Below are positions 1 through 9,117 of a DNA stretch of 64,000 nt, piece by piece. The notes under the pieces were generated by a model. It worked only from the letters and a program-made list of their open reading frames with translations. It did no database searches and was not told the origin of the DNA. The position numbers and the translations under genes were made by a program. This stretch comes from Alphaproteobacteria bacterium (lineage in GTDB: Bacteria > Pseudomonadota > Alphaproteobacteria > UBA8366 > GCA-2717185): the NCBI GenBank assembly GCA_040905865.1, contig JBBDQU010000073.1, forward strand, positions 8,255 through 72,254. The letters run 5' to 3'. How positions within the stretch are numbered: the stretch's first letter is position 1; each line of letters opens with the position of its first letter.

Positions 1-93
1 GAACGCGCAAGGCGTATCGCCGAAAGTCTCGAACTCGGTATCGCCGGAAAGGCGGGCATCCTGCTGAAAAAGGGCGAACGGTTTTACCGGTAA
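1..93 (+). CDS. 3' end of an unidentified CDS entering from the left edge (partial)
   Basis: Frame 1 is open from base 1, reads ...LGIAGKAGILLKKGERFYR and stops at TAA 91-93. Too short to assign a family. Confidence 0.3.
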   Translation, partial: ERARRIAESLELGIAGKAGILLKKGERFYR

Positions 94-171
94 GTTTCGA
101 CAACCCGCCCGCCCGTCGATTTCTCCCTGCGACCGACCGGTCGCGCGGATCCGCGCACCGTTCCATTTTCA

Positions 172-504
172 CTATACGGTGCAATGCAGGGCCAGCCAGA
201 CCGTCGGTTCGGTCGGCGCCGTCCATTCCACGCGGTGGCGGCGATGGGCGGGAATGCTGACCCAGTCGCCGGGGGACAGCACCCGTTCCGCCGCTTCGTC
301 CTCAAAGCGCAGCCCGGCTGCCCCCTGCAGCAGCACGACCCATTCCTCCTCGGCCTGATCGTACCACTCCCCTTGCGGCGTCGCCTGGCCGGTCGAGATG
401 ATCCGCACCAGCCGAAAACCGCCACCCGCCATCAATATGTCGAGAACCTCCCCCGGCTGCACATCCGGCAGGCCGGCAAAAAGGTTTCCGCTGTCGCCGC
501 GCAT
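172..504 (-). CDS. cupin-domain protein (110 aa)
   Basis: Small beta-barrel-like sequence with a cupin-type His/Glu pattern (GEWYDQAEEEWVVLLQG...GDWVSIPAHRRHRV). Its ATG overlaps the stop of the upstream DUF1194 gene by 1 nt (TGATG). Confidence 0.7.
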   Translation of the reverse strand: MRGDSGNLFAGLPDVQPGEVLDILMAGGGFRLVRIISTGQATPQGEWYDQAEEEWVVLLQGAAGLRFEDEAAERVLSPGDWVSIPAHRRHRVEWTAPTEPTVWLALHCTV

Positions 505-1340
505 CAGAAATCATCGCGGTAGCGCAACATCTGTTCGCCGACATTGCAAGGCGGACTTTCGCGGATATCCGGCCCGGCCTGCGCCAGTACGATGCGCATG
601 GGCCATGCCGGCGGCTGCGGCGCCCGGTTGGCGATCTCCAGAATTAGCTTGCGCCGCACCGCACGGGCGAAATCGTTGAAGTCTTCGGCGACGATCAGGA
701 AGGCGCCGGGCCCGCCGATCACGCAATCGCGGTAATACAGGTCGAGATTGCGGATATTGTAGGCGGTATACATTCCACTGCCCTGATCCATGATTGGCAA
801 TCCGTTGATGGTCACGCCCGCCGCGATGGCGCGGTCGCGGGCTGGGACGACCAGATCGCCGGAATTGTTCGGCCCGTCGCCGGAGATATCGAGCACTTTG
901 CGGGTGGCGTCAAATTCATTTTCTTTCAGCCAGGGCAGCGCATAATCGATGGCGCCGCTGATCGACGTCCATAGCATCGGCCGCGGCGGCAGCCGCGCCA
1001 GGCTGTCCGCGAAAGCCGCCGCGCCTGTTGCATCCTCGACCAGTGTCCAGCCGGTAATCTCGGCGATATTTCCCTCGCCGCCCCATTCGAAATAGCGCAC
1101 CGCTATGCGGCCCAGCATGCCGGTGCGGATCGCGGCCACAACCTCCGGGTCGCGGAAGGCCTGAATATAGCCCTGGCGCTGCAGCCGGGCTTCTTCCTCG
1201 TCCACACTGCGCGACACGTCCACCGCCAGCGCCAGCAGCAGGTCGACCGGCGTTTTCGCCGCAGCCGGGGCAGCGGCAAGGACCGCAAGCGCGGCAAGGC
1301 CAACCCGTATCATGGCGTCACGCGGGCGCTCAGAAATCAT
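504..1340 (-). CDS. DUF1194-type secreted vWA-fold protein, paralogue A
   Basis: Signal-like N-terminus (MIRVGLAALAVLAAAPAAA), MIDAS-like DVSRSVD, and ISGDGPNN, GVTINGLPI and YYRDCVIGGPGAF blocks recalled as DUF1194 hallmarks. Start is either 1340 (overlaps the upstream stop) or ATG 1313. Confidence 0.85.
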   Translation of the reverse strand: MISERPRDAMIRVGLAALAVLAAAPAAAKTPVDLLLALAVDVSRSVDEEEARLQRQGYIQAFRDPEVVAAIRTGMLGRIAVRYFEWGGEGNIAEITGWTLVEDATGAAAFADSLARLPPRPMLWTSISGAIDYALPWLKENEFDATRKVLDISGDGPNNSGDLVVPARDRAIAAGVTINGLPIMDQGSGMYTAYNIRNLDLYYRDCVIGGPGAFLIVAEDFNDFARAVRRKLILEIANRAPQPPAWPMRIVLAQAGPDIRESPPCNVGEQMLRYRDDF

Positions 1341-2151
1341 CGCGGGAACGAAGGATCTGCTCGCCGATATCGCAGGGCGGCGAATTGCGGGGCGTCGGCA
1401 TGATCTGTTGCGCCTTGTAAATCCGCGTCGTGGCGGGCGGCGGCGGCAGATTGGCGATTTCCAGGATCAGCTTGCGCCGCACCGCGCGGGCGAAATCCGA
1501 AAAATCCCGTGCGACCACGATAAAGGCCCCCGGCCCACCGATCACGCAGTCGCGATAATAGAGGTCCAGGTTCGGGATATTGTAGCGCCCGCCATAGCCG
1601 CCAGTCCCCATATCCATGATCGGCAGCCCGTTGATGGTAACTCCCGCCGCAACCGCCCTGTCCCGGACCGGGACGACCAGATCGCCGGCATTGTTCGGCC
1701 CGTCGCCGGATATGTCGATCACCCGGCGGGTCCCCTCGAAATCGTTCTGGTCCAGCCACGCCAGTCCGAACGCAATCGCGCCGCTGATCGATGTCCGCCG
1801 GTTCGGTTCGGGCGCCTCCCGGGTCAGGGCATCGGCAAAGGCATGCGCGCTCGCTGCATCCTCAATCAGGGTCCAGTCCTGGATAACCTTGTTCAGCCCG
1901 TCGCCGGCCCATTCGTAATAGCCCACGGCGATCCGGCCCAGCATGCCGGAACCGATCGCCTGTATCACCTGCGGGTCGCGAAACGCATCGATATAACCCT
2001 GGCGTTGCAGTCGGCCCTCATTGTAATCGACGCTGCGCGAAACATCGACGCCGAGCGCCAGGACCAGGTCCACCGGCGTCTTCGCCAGAAGACCGGACGG
2101 GAACGTGGCGCCCATAAGGCAGGCGAGCAGGACCGGAACGATACGTTTCAT
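1330..2151 (-). CDS. DUF1194-type secreted vWA-fold protein, paralogue B
   Basis: By eye about two-thirds to three-quarters identical to paralogue A. Same DVSRSVD, ISGDGPNN and GGPGAF blocks and the same C-terminal tail. Start chosen at ATG 2151 (GGAGGG 7 nt upstream, then signal peptide MKRIVPVLLACLMG); the track ORF extends to 2196. Confidence 0.85.
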   Translation of the reverse strand: MKRIVPVLLACLMGATFPSGLLAKTPVDLVLALGVDVSRSVDYNEGRLQRQGYIDAFRDPQVIQAIGSGMLGRIAVGYYEWAGDGLNKVIQDWTLIEDAASAHAFADALTREAPEPNRRTSISGAIAFGLAWLDQNDFEGTRRVIDISGDGPNNAGDLVVPVRDRAVAAGVTINGLPIMDMGTGGYGGRYNIPNLDLYYRDCVIGGPGAFIVVARDFSDFARAVRRKLILEIANLPPPPATTRIYKAQQIMPTPRNSPPCDIGEQILRSRDDF

Positions 2152-2364
2152 GCGGTTGCCCTCCATGAGGAAACCCGGAACGAACGACTGCGCCATTTTG
2201 CGGCTTTCCCGATTTTAGGGTCAATTCGCATTCGCCGCGACCAAATAATGGCTCACGCCTTTGTAAGGCGCCAGTTCCGGGAATATCCGGCATCGACCGG
2301 CGACACTTGCTTGGCAAGGCGCTGCTTGCCACTTTATCCTGAGCCGGCTTCAGGGAGGGAGCCG

Positions 2365-2850
2365 ATGCGTGAATTTCTGCTTCTGCGGCATGGCAAATCC
2401 GATTATCCGCCGGACGTATACGATTTCGACCGGCCGCTGGCAAAGCGCGGCGAAAAGGACACCGTAAAAATCGGACAATGGCTGCGCGAGTACGGCCATG
2501 TCCCGGACAGGATCGTTACATCCCCGGCGGCACGCGCCGCCAATACCGCCACGCGCCTCGTCAGGTCGCTCAACATGGACCCGACGCAAATCGTCGAGGA
2601 GGAACTTCTTTACCTCGCGCTGCCGGAAAGGATTCTGGAAGTCCTGCGCGCCCAGCCGGACAGTGCGAAACGGGTGCTGTTCGTGGGCCACAACCCGGGT
2701 CTGGAGGACCTGACAGCCTTGCTGTCCGGCCAGCCCGGCCCCTTCCCAACCGCAGCCCTGGCCGTGTTCGGGGTAACGGGAAAATGGCGGGACTTCGCCC
2801 CGAAATTCGCCGCGCCTGTCATGACGGTCCGCCCCCGAGACCTCGGGTGA
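2365..2850 (+). CDS. sixA: phosphohistidine phosphatase SixA-like (histidine phosphatase superfamily)
   Basis: MREFLLLRHGKS (RHG motif), VTSPAARA and FVGHNPGL blocks. Only the last 161 codons of track ORF 1312..2850 look like protein; AGGGAGGGAG precedes ATG 2365. Confidence 0.8.
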   Translation: MREFLLLRHGKSDYPPDVYDFDRPLAKRGEKDTVKIGQWLREYGHVPDRIVTSPAARAANTATRLVRSLNMDPTQIVEEELLYLALPERILEVLRAQPDSAKRVLFVGHNPGLEDLTALLSGQPGPFPTAALAVFGVTGKWRDFAPKFAAPVMTVRPRDLG

Positions 2851-2876
2851 CGGCGACTATCCGCGATTTGCTTTAT

Positions 2877-3014
2877 AGCACATCAGGTCTGAATGAAACC
2901 GCGACAGGTTCCATTCAAACCTGTGAAGGTGCTATATCTTCAATAAGTTAGATCAGATTCACGTGTCTGGTTGGAGCGCCAGAGGCGATTCCAATCAAAC
3001 ACGATCCGATCTAG
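2877..3014 (+). repeat. structured two-hairpin intergenic repeat, copy 1 of 3
   Basis: Aligns with 40460..40596 and 51546..51682. Conserved blocks: AGCACATCAGG, ACAGGTTC, CCTGTGAAGGTGCT, TTCAATAAG, ATTCACGTG, GGCGA, GATCCGATCT. Contains two long imperfect hairpins. Confidence 0.85.
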
Positions 3015-4593
3015 CCGGCGCCATGCTCGCATATTCCCCCCGAAGCCCTTTGAACAGGCTGGCGCACATCAGCAGCAGCACCACCGCAAACGGCACGCCG
3101 GTCGATACCGACGCGGCCTGCAACGCGGCCAGCCCGCCCGCGACCAGCAGCACGATGGCCACCAGTCCTTCGAAGGTTGCCCAGAAGATGCGCTGGCCCA
3201 CCGGCGCGTCCAGCTTGCCGCCGGCTGTAATGGTGTCGATGACGAGCGAGCCCGAATCCGACGAGGTAATGAAAAACACCACGACGAGCACGATTCCGAT
3301 TACCGAGGTCACCTGGGCGAGGGGAAGTTGTTCCAGCATCACGAACAGCTTCACCGGAAGATTCGCATCGGCGACGCCCGTAAAACCGTCATTGACGATC
3401 TGGTCGATGGCCGTGCCGCCGAAGGCGGTCATCCACAGCACGCAGACCAGCGACGGGATAAGCAGCACGCAGACCAGGAACTCGCGGACCGTGCGGCCCC
3501 GCGAGACCCGGGCGATGAACATGCCGACGAAGGGCGACCAGGAAATCCACCACGCCCAGTAGAAGGCGGTCCAGCCGTTATAGAAATTCGTGTCGGTCCG
3601 GTCGGCGAAATTCGCCAGGGCCGGCAGTTCGATGACATAGGCGGCCAGGTTATCGACGAAACCGGTCAGTATGGCGATCGTCGGGCCGGCGACGATCACG
3701 AACCCGAGCAGGAGGATTGCAAGGACCATATTGAATTCACTGAGCCGCTTGACCCCCGCATCCAGCCCGGCAAGGACGGAAAGCAGCGCGACGGCCGTAA
3801 TCCCCAGGATCAGCAGGATTTTCGACGTATCGGTCACCGGCACACCGAAAATCCGGTTCAGCCCCGCCAGCGCCTGCTCCGCGCCGAAGCCGAGCGACGT
3901 CGCCAGTCCGAACAGGGTGGCGAATACCGCCAGGGTATCGATGACATGGCCGAGCCAGCCCCAGACCGCATTGCCGAACAGCGGGTAGAATGCCGAACGG
4001 ATGGTCAGCGGCAACCCCCGGTTGAAACTGAAAAAGGCCAGCGACAGCCCCATGATGGCGTACATCGCCCAGGGATGCAGGCCCCAGTGAAAGATCGTCG
4101 CCGCCATGCCGAGCCGCGCGGCGGCTTCCGGATCGCCCGGCGCGCCCGCCAGCGGCGCCCAGCTGTCCGGCGACCCCGCCGTCTCAGCGACGGAAGAGGC
4201 GTAGTGGGAGATCGGCTCGGAGACGCCAAAAAACATCAGCCCGATGCCCATGCCCGCCGCGAACAACATCGCGAACCAGCCGGTATAGGAAAAATCCGGC
4301 CGGGCGTCGGCGCCCCCCAGGCGGATTCGGCCATAGGGCGAGAAAATCAGCGCCACGCAAAAGATGACAAAGATATTGCCTGCAAGGATCAGAAGCCAGT
4401 CGAAGGTCGATGTCGCCGCCGGCCGCAGCCAGCCAAAGAACTCGCTGGCGCCTTCCTGAAAAATGGATGTCAGGACGACAAATCCGACAATCACCAATCC
4501 GGAAATGACGAATACCGGGTTGTGAATATCGAGACCGCATGGCTGAATATTATCCTGACCGATCTCATAATCGATATCGGTTTCACCGGCCAT
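2995..4593 (-). CDS. BCCT-family (betaine/carnitine/choline) transporter
   Basis: Multi-TM protein with the BCCT signature region WTAFYWAWWISWSPFVGMFIARVSRGRTVREF. Start set at ATG 4593 (GAGGAGGAGAAGG upstream); the track ORF runs to 4635. Confidence 0.9.
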   Translation of the reverse strand: MAGETDIDYEIGQDNIQPCGLDIHNPVFVISGLVIVGFVVLTSIFQEGASEFFGWLRPAATSTFDWLLILAGNIFVIFCVALIFSPYGRIRLGGADARPDFSYTGWFAMLFAAGMGIGLMFFGVSEPISHYASSVAETAGSPDSWAPLAGAPGDPEAAARLGMAATIFHWGLHPWAMYAIMGLSLAFFSFNRGLPLTIRSAFYPLFGNAVWGWLGHVIDTLAVFATLFGLATSLGFGAEQALAGLNRIFGVPVTDTSKILLILGITAVALLSVLAGLDAGVKRLSEFNMVLAILLLGFVIVAGPTIAILTGFVDNLAAYVIELPALANFADRTDTNFYNGWTAFYWAWWISWSPFVGMFIARVSRGRTVREFLVCVLLIPSLVCVLWMTAFGGTAIDQIVNDGFTGVADANLPVKLFVMLEQLPLAQVTSVIGIVLVVVFFITSSDSGSLVIDTITAGGKLDAPVGQRIFWATFEGLVAIVLLVAGGLAALQAASVSTGVPFAVVLLLMCASLFKGLRGEYASMAPARSDRV

Positions 4594-4940
4594 ATCCTTC
4601 TCCTCCTCGTTACCCCGGAAAAATTGGACACGCACGTATTAGGCTGCTTTCAGCTCATTTCTATGATACGCAGGCCCCCGGAGACTTCGACGGGCCACCG
4701 GGCGCGGAAATGTGCATGTTGTGAGGGATCAAATTTAACGCCCTCGGTCGCTGAAATCAAATCGATATTTTATTTTTTCCTATTATTGTCATGATAGCCT
4801 AGGATTTTCAGGTTTTTTCCGGGAGACGGAAAATTGAATTCGCATACCGTACTGAAGCGGGTGGCGCGGGCCAGCCATAAAAACAGCAATCCCTTCTCCG
4901 CCGCCGCAAATGGCGTGGGTCCGGACCGGAACGGCCGGCC

Positions 4941-6620
4941 TTACCCGCCGATTTTCGCGTAGCTGTCGCGCAACGCCACGGTGCGGTTGAAGACCAGGTG
5001 GTCCGGAGTCGAATCCGGGTCGGCGCAGAAATATCCCTGCCGTTCGAACTGGACCGGTTTGCCCGGTTCCGCGTCCCGTAGCGACGGTTCGAGCCGCGCA
5101 TCGGTGACGACGGTCAGCGATTCCGGGTTGATGTCCTCCAGGAAGTCGCGCTCGGCGCCGGGGGCCTCGGCGGTGAACAGCGGGTCGTAAATGCGGGCCT
5201 CGGCGGTTACCGCATGGGCGGCGGACACCCAGTGAATCGTGCCCTTCACCTTGCGACCGTCCGGCGCGTCGCCGCCCCGTGTCGCCGGGTCATAGCTGCA
5301 GCGCAGTTCGACCACATTGCCCGCCTCGTCCTTCACCACATCGGTGCAGGTGACGAAATAGGCGAAGCGAAGCCGCACCTCGCGCCCCGGCCCAAGCCGG
5401 AAAAACTTGCGCGGCGGGTCTTCCATGAAGTCCTCGGCCTCGATGTAGATTTCGCGAGAGAACGGCACCTCGCGCGTGCCGGCATCCGGGTCGCCGGGAT
5501 TGTTGACCGCGGTCATCATCTCGGTTTCGCCTTCGGGATAGTTTTCGATCACCACCTTCAGCGGGTTGAGGACGGCCATGCGGCGCGGAGCATTCGTGTT
5601 CAGCCAATCGCGGGCGCAATGGTCCAGCAGCGCGGCTTCGACCGTACTGCCGCTTTTTGTTACGCCGATCCGGGCGACAAAATCTCGGACCGCTTCTGCC
5701 GGCATGCCGCGCCGCCGCAGCCCCCCCAGGGTCGGCATGCGCGGATCGTCCCAGCCGCGCACATGGCCGCCGGCGACAAGCTGCATCAGCCGGCGCTTGG
5801 ATAAAACCGTGTGAGTCAGGTTAAGGCGCGAAAATTCGATCTGCTTCGGCTTCGCGGGGACCGGCAGGCTGGCGATCAGCCAGTCATACAGCGGCCGGTG
5901 ATCGGCGAATTCCAGCGTGCACAGCGAATGGGTGATGCCCTCGATCGCGTCCGACTGGCCATGCGCATAGTCATAGGTCGGGTAGATTTTCCATCTATCG
6001 CCGGTGCGCGGATGGACCGCGTGCAGGATGCGGTACAGCACGGGGTCGCGCAGGTTGATATTGCCGGACGCCATGTCGATCTTCGCCCGCAACACCCGCG
6101 CGCCGTCGGGGAATTCACCCGCCTTCATGCGGCGGAACAGGTCGAGGGATTCCTCGGCCGGGCGGTCGCGAAACGGACTCGGCCGGCCAGGTTCGGTCAG
6201 CGTGCCGCGATATTCGCGGATCTGGTCGGCGCTGAGTTCGTCGACATAGGCCTTGCCGTCCCGGATCAACAGTTCCGCCCATTCGTAGAGCTGTTCGAAG
6301 TAGTCGGAGGCATAGAACAGATGGCTGCCCCAGTCGAAGCCCAGCCAGCGCACATCGGTCTGGATCGCGTCGATAAAGACCTGTTCCTCCCTGACCGGAT
6401 TGGTGTCGTCGAAGCGCAGGTGACAGCGGCCGCCGAAGTCCTGCGCAACGCCGAAATTGAGGCAGATCGACTTGGCGTGGCCGATATGCAGATGGCCGTT
6501 CGGTTCCGGCGGGAAGCGCGTGACGACGCCCGCGACCACCCCGGCCTTCAGATCGCTGTCGATCCGGTCGCGGATGAAGTCATGCCTGATGTCGACGGCG
6601 GCTGTTTCGGTATCGGTCAT
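4941..6620 (-). CDS. glnS: glutamine--tRNA ligase
   Basis: [24 protein letters not shown] (HIGH), LRFDDTNP and VLSKRR (KMSKS-like) closely parallel E. coli GlnRS as recalled. ATG 6620 has GGAGAG 7 nt upstream; an alternative start lies at 6635. Confidence 0.93.
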   Translation of the reverse strand: MTDTETAAVDIRHDFIRDRIDSDLKAGVVAGVVTRFPPEPNGHLHIGHAKSICLNFGVAQDFGGRCHLRFDDTNPVREEQVFIDAIQTDVRWLGFDWGSHLFYASDYFEQLYEWAELLIRDGKAYVDELSADQIREYRGTLTEPGRPSPFRDRPAEESLDLFRRMKAGEFPDGARVLRAKIDMASGNINLRDPVLYRILHAVHPRTGDRWKIYPTYDYAHGQSDAIEGITHSLCTLEFADHRPLYDWLIASLPVPAKPKQIEFSRLNLTHTVLSKRRLMQLVAGGHVRGWDDPRMPTLGGLRRRGMPAEAVRDFVARIGVTKSGSTVEAALLDHCARDWLNTNAPRRMAVLNPLKVVIENYPEGETEMMTAVNNPGDPDAGTREVPFSREIYIEAEDFMEDPPRKFFRLGPGREVRLRFAYFVTCTDVVKDEAGNVVELRCSYDPATRGGDAPDGRKVKGTIHWVSAAHAVTAEARIYDPLFTAEAPGAERDFLEDINPESLTVVTDARLEPSLRDAEPGKPVQFERQGYFCADPDSTPDHLVFNRTVALRDSYAKIGG

Positions 6621-6695
6621 TCGGTCGCTCTCCATGCTCCGGTATCCGGGCGGGGCCGTGTCTGCCAGAAAACGGGGTTGAGGCCAAGCCTTAAC

Positions 6696-7451
6696 CTATG
6701 CGAAGCCGCGCCGGACAAGGTTAACGCCGATCACGAAAATGCCCGCCAGCAGCACCCGCTGGAACAGTTTCGCGGATATCCGGCCCCGCAGCCAGACGCC
6801 GGCAAAGATGCCCGCGAACAGCGGGATGCAGGCCAGCCCCGACAAAATTGCCTCGTCGCGGGCAATCAGCCCGGTATAGACCAGGGTCGCATAGACCGGG
6901 ATGATTCCGACGAAATACAGCAGCCCGATGGTGCCGACGAAGACATCCTTGGGCAACCGCAGGGCGACCAGAAAGATCAGAAAGGGCGGCCCCAGTATCC
7001 CGGTCGTGCCGCCAAGCAGACCCGACGCCATGCCCACGAAGGGTTTGAGGATCCGCTCACCGCGCCGGGAAATTTCCGGCCGGATCGAAAACCCCTGCAG
7101 GCATACGAAACACAACAGGACCGTGCCGACGACGATCGACGCCGTATGCTGGTCGATCCGGGTAAGGATCTGCGCGCCGATGGTCGAGCCAACCAGCATG
7201 GCGACGATCAGCGGCCAGAAACGGCGCACGGCGCCGACCGGATCGGCCCGATGCAGCGCCTGATAGCTGTTGGACAGGAGAATTGGCGCGGCGGTCAGCG
7301 CGATCGCGACCTGTGTCGGCAGCACCGTGGCGACCAGCGGGATCGCGATCACCGGCAGCCCGAATCCGATGGCGCCCTTGGACAGCCCCGCCAGCAGGTA
7401 GGCAAATCCGATGACCAGAAGCGCTACATAATCGAGTTCGCTGAGTATCAT
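6696..7451 (-). CDS. TauE/SafE-family (DUF81) anion/sulfite exporter-like membrane protein
   Basis: 251 aa, 7-8 hydrophobic segments, with GLSKGAIGFGLPVIAIPL and GGTTGILGPPFLIF repeats typical of the family. Confidence 0.75.
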   Translation of the reverse strand: MILSELDYVALLVIGFAYLLAGLSKGAIGFGLPVIAIPLVATVLPTQVAIALTAAPILLSNSYQALHRADPVGAVRRFWPLIVAMLVGSTIGAQILTRIDQHTASIVVGTVLLCFVCLQGFSIRPEISRRGERILKPFVGMASGLLGGTTGILGPPFLIFLVALRLPKDVFVGTIGLLYFVGIIPVYATLVYTGLIARDEAILSGLACIPLFAGIFAGVWLRGRISAKLFQRVLLAGIFVIGVNLVRRGFA

Positions 7452-7590
7452 GCCTGCCGGCCCATGCCCGGCGGAAATGCGGGGCGGTCATAAATAGACT
7501 AGGATTCGCCCGGCCTGAAATCTATATTTTCGGCCCGGCGCCGCCGAAAGGGCGTCTTGAACCAGGAAATGGGTGTGGAGGAAAAGGGAC

Positions 7591-7905
7591 ATGACGGAAC
7601 CGACCTGGCAACTTGTTGCCCCCGCGAGCGACATCAAGCCGGACGAACCGAAAAAATACAAAGTCGCCGGCGAGGAAATCGCCCTCTACAACGTCGACGG
7701 CGATATCTACTGCACGGACAATATCTGCACCCACGCCTATGCTTCGATGGCTGACGGCTTCCAGGACGGCGAGGAAATCGAATGCCCGCTGCATGAGGGC
7801 CGCTTCAACATCAAGACCGGTGAAGGCCTCTGCGCGCCCATCGTCGACGACCTGAAAACCTTTGAAGTCAAGCTTGAAGACGGCAATGTCTTCGTGAAAA
7901 TCTGA
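7591..7905 (+). CDS. Rieske [2Fe-2S] ferredoxin-type protein
   Basis: CTH...CPLH Rieske ligand motifs (CTHAYASMADGFQDGEEIECPLHEGRF). GGAGGA lies upstream of ATG 7591. Confidence 0.85.
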   Translation: MTEPTWQLVAPASDIKPDEPKKYKVAGEEIALYNVDGDIYCTDNICTHAYASMADGFQDGEEIECPLHEGRFNIKTGEGLCAPIVDDLKTFEVKLEDGNVFVKI

Positions 7906-7907
7906 TC

Positions 7908-9095
7908 ATGACTGGCGTTCTGGACGGCATTCGCGTACTCGATTTCGGCCGCTACATCGCGGGTCCCTGGTGTGCGGCGCTGCTGGGCGACTTCGGCGCA
8001 GACGTCATCCGCATCGACAAGCGCGGCGGCAGCGAGGACCGCCATGTCCTGCCGATGAGCGAAGAGGACAATGCGGGGGCGATGTACCTGCAGATGAACC
8101 GCAACAAGCGGGGCATGACGCTGGACCCCACCACGCCGGAGGGCCGGGAAATCCAGCGACGCATGATCGCGAACGCCGATGTCGTCATCGCCAACCTGCC
8201 GGACAAGGCGCTGGCGGCGCTCGGCCTCGACTACGCGACGCTGACATCGATCAAGCCGGATATCATTCTGGTGACGGCGACCGCCTTCGGCACCACCGGC
8301 CCCTATGCGACCAAGGTCGGTTTCGATCTGGTGGCGCAGGCGATGTCCGGCGCGATGCATCTGTCGGGCCCGCCGGGGCAGCCCACCCGGTCCTACTTTC
8401 CCTGGGTCGATTACGGCACGGCGACGCTCGCCGCGCTCGGCACCATGGCCGCGATCATGCATCACAAGGCAACCGGACAGGGCCAGCATGTCCAGGGCTC
8501 GCTGCTGCACACGGCGCTGGCCAACGGCAATTCGGCGATGATCGAACAGGCCATCGCGAAGCCGAACCGGGAAGGCAGCGGCAATCTGGGCCAGCTCAGC
8601 GCGCCGTCCGACAGCTACAAGACAAAGGACGGCTCGATCATCGTGTTGACCCTTGGGGAACACATGCACAGGCGCTGGGCGAAACTGATGGGCGAAAACC
8701 ACTGGCTGACCGACCCGCGCTACGCCAATGACGAATTGCGCGCCGAACAGGGCAAGGTCATCAGCGCGCGGATGCAGGAATGGTGTGCGACGCGGACCAC
8801 CGAGGAAGCCCTTGCCGAACTGGAAGGCGCAAGGCTGCCCGCCTCGCCTGTGCTGACGCTGCAGCAAGCGCTGGAGAACGAACACATCCAGGCGGCCGGA
8901 TTCCTGAAAATGACCGATTACCCCGGCCTGCCGACTCCGGCGCCCATGATCGACACGCCCGTCAAGCTGTCGCAAACACCCGGAACGATCCACCGGCGGC
9001 CACCACAGCTGGGCGAGCATACGGACGAGATACTCGACGCCCTCGGTTACAGCGCCGCGGAAATCGCGACGCTGCGGGAAGCCGAGGCGGTTTAG
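7908..9095 (+). CDS. family III CoA-transferase (CaiB/BaiF type)
   Basis: N-terminal GIRVLDFGRYIAGPWCAALLGDFGADVIRIDK is a family hallmark. Starts 2 nt after the Rieske gene. Confidence 0.85.
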   Translation: MTGVLDGIRVLDFGRYIAGPWCAALLGDFGADVIRIDKRGGSEDRHVLPMSEEDNAGAMYLQMNRNKRGMTLDPTTPEGREIQRRMIANADVVIANLPDKALAALGLDYATLTSIKPDIILVTATAFGTTGPYATKVGFDLVAQAMSGAMHLSGPPGQPTRSYFPWVDYGTATLAALGTMAAIMHHKATGQGQHVQGSLLHTALANGNSAMIEQAIAKPNREGSGNLGQLSAPSDSYKTKDGSIIVLTLGEHMHRRWAKLMGENHWLTDPRYANDELRAEQGKVISARMQEWCATRTTEEALAELEGARLPASPVLTLQQALENEHIQAAGFLKMTDYPGLPTPAPMIDTPVKLSQTPGTIHRRPPQLGEHTDEILDALGYSAAEIATLREAEAV

Positions 9096-9117
9096 GGATG
9101 CGGCGGGGCCAGGCGCG

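Noticed and set aside
1312-2364. N-terminal 351 codons of track ORF 1312..2850
   Set aside because: This part is antisense to DUF1194 paralogue B and is Arg/Pro-rich noise. Only the part from ATG 2365 (RBS, RHG motif) is a credible SixA-like gene.
2971-4794. 607-aa plus-strand ORF, the longest in this region
   Set aside because: It lies antisense to the BCCT transporter gene. The translation is low-complexity and rich in Arg/Gly/Pro/Asp/His (RRGLQRGQPARDQQHDGHQ...) with no motifs, which is typical of shadow ORFs in high-GC DNA.
4814-4832. TTTTCCG-GGAGA-CGGAAAA hairpin as the glnS terminator
   Set aside because: The stem is A/T-rich, lies about 110 nt from the glnS stop, and is not followed by a U-tract in the glnS direction.
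5811-7493. 560-aa plus-strand ORF
   Set aside because: It is antisense to glnS and the TauE-like gene, and it crosses their intergenic gap. Its composition is low-complexity Arg/Gly/Asp/Gln with no motifs.
7737-9020. 427-aa minus-strand ORF
   Set aside because: It is antisense to the CaiB-type CoA-transferase, which has a clear family N-terminal motif. The sequence is shadow-frame material.
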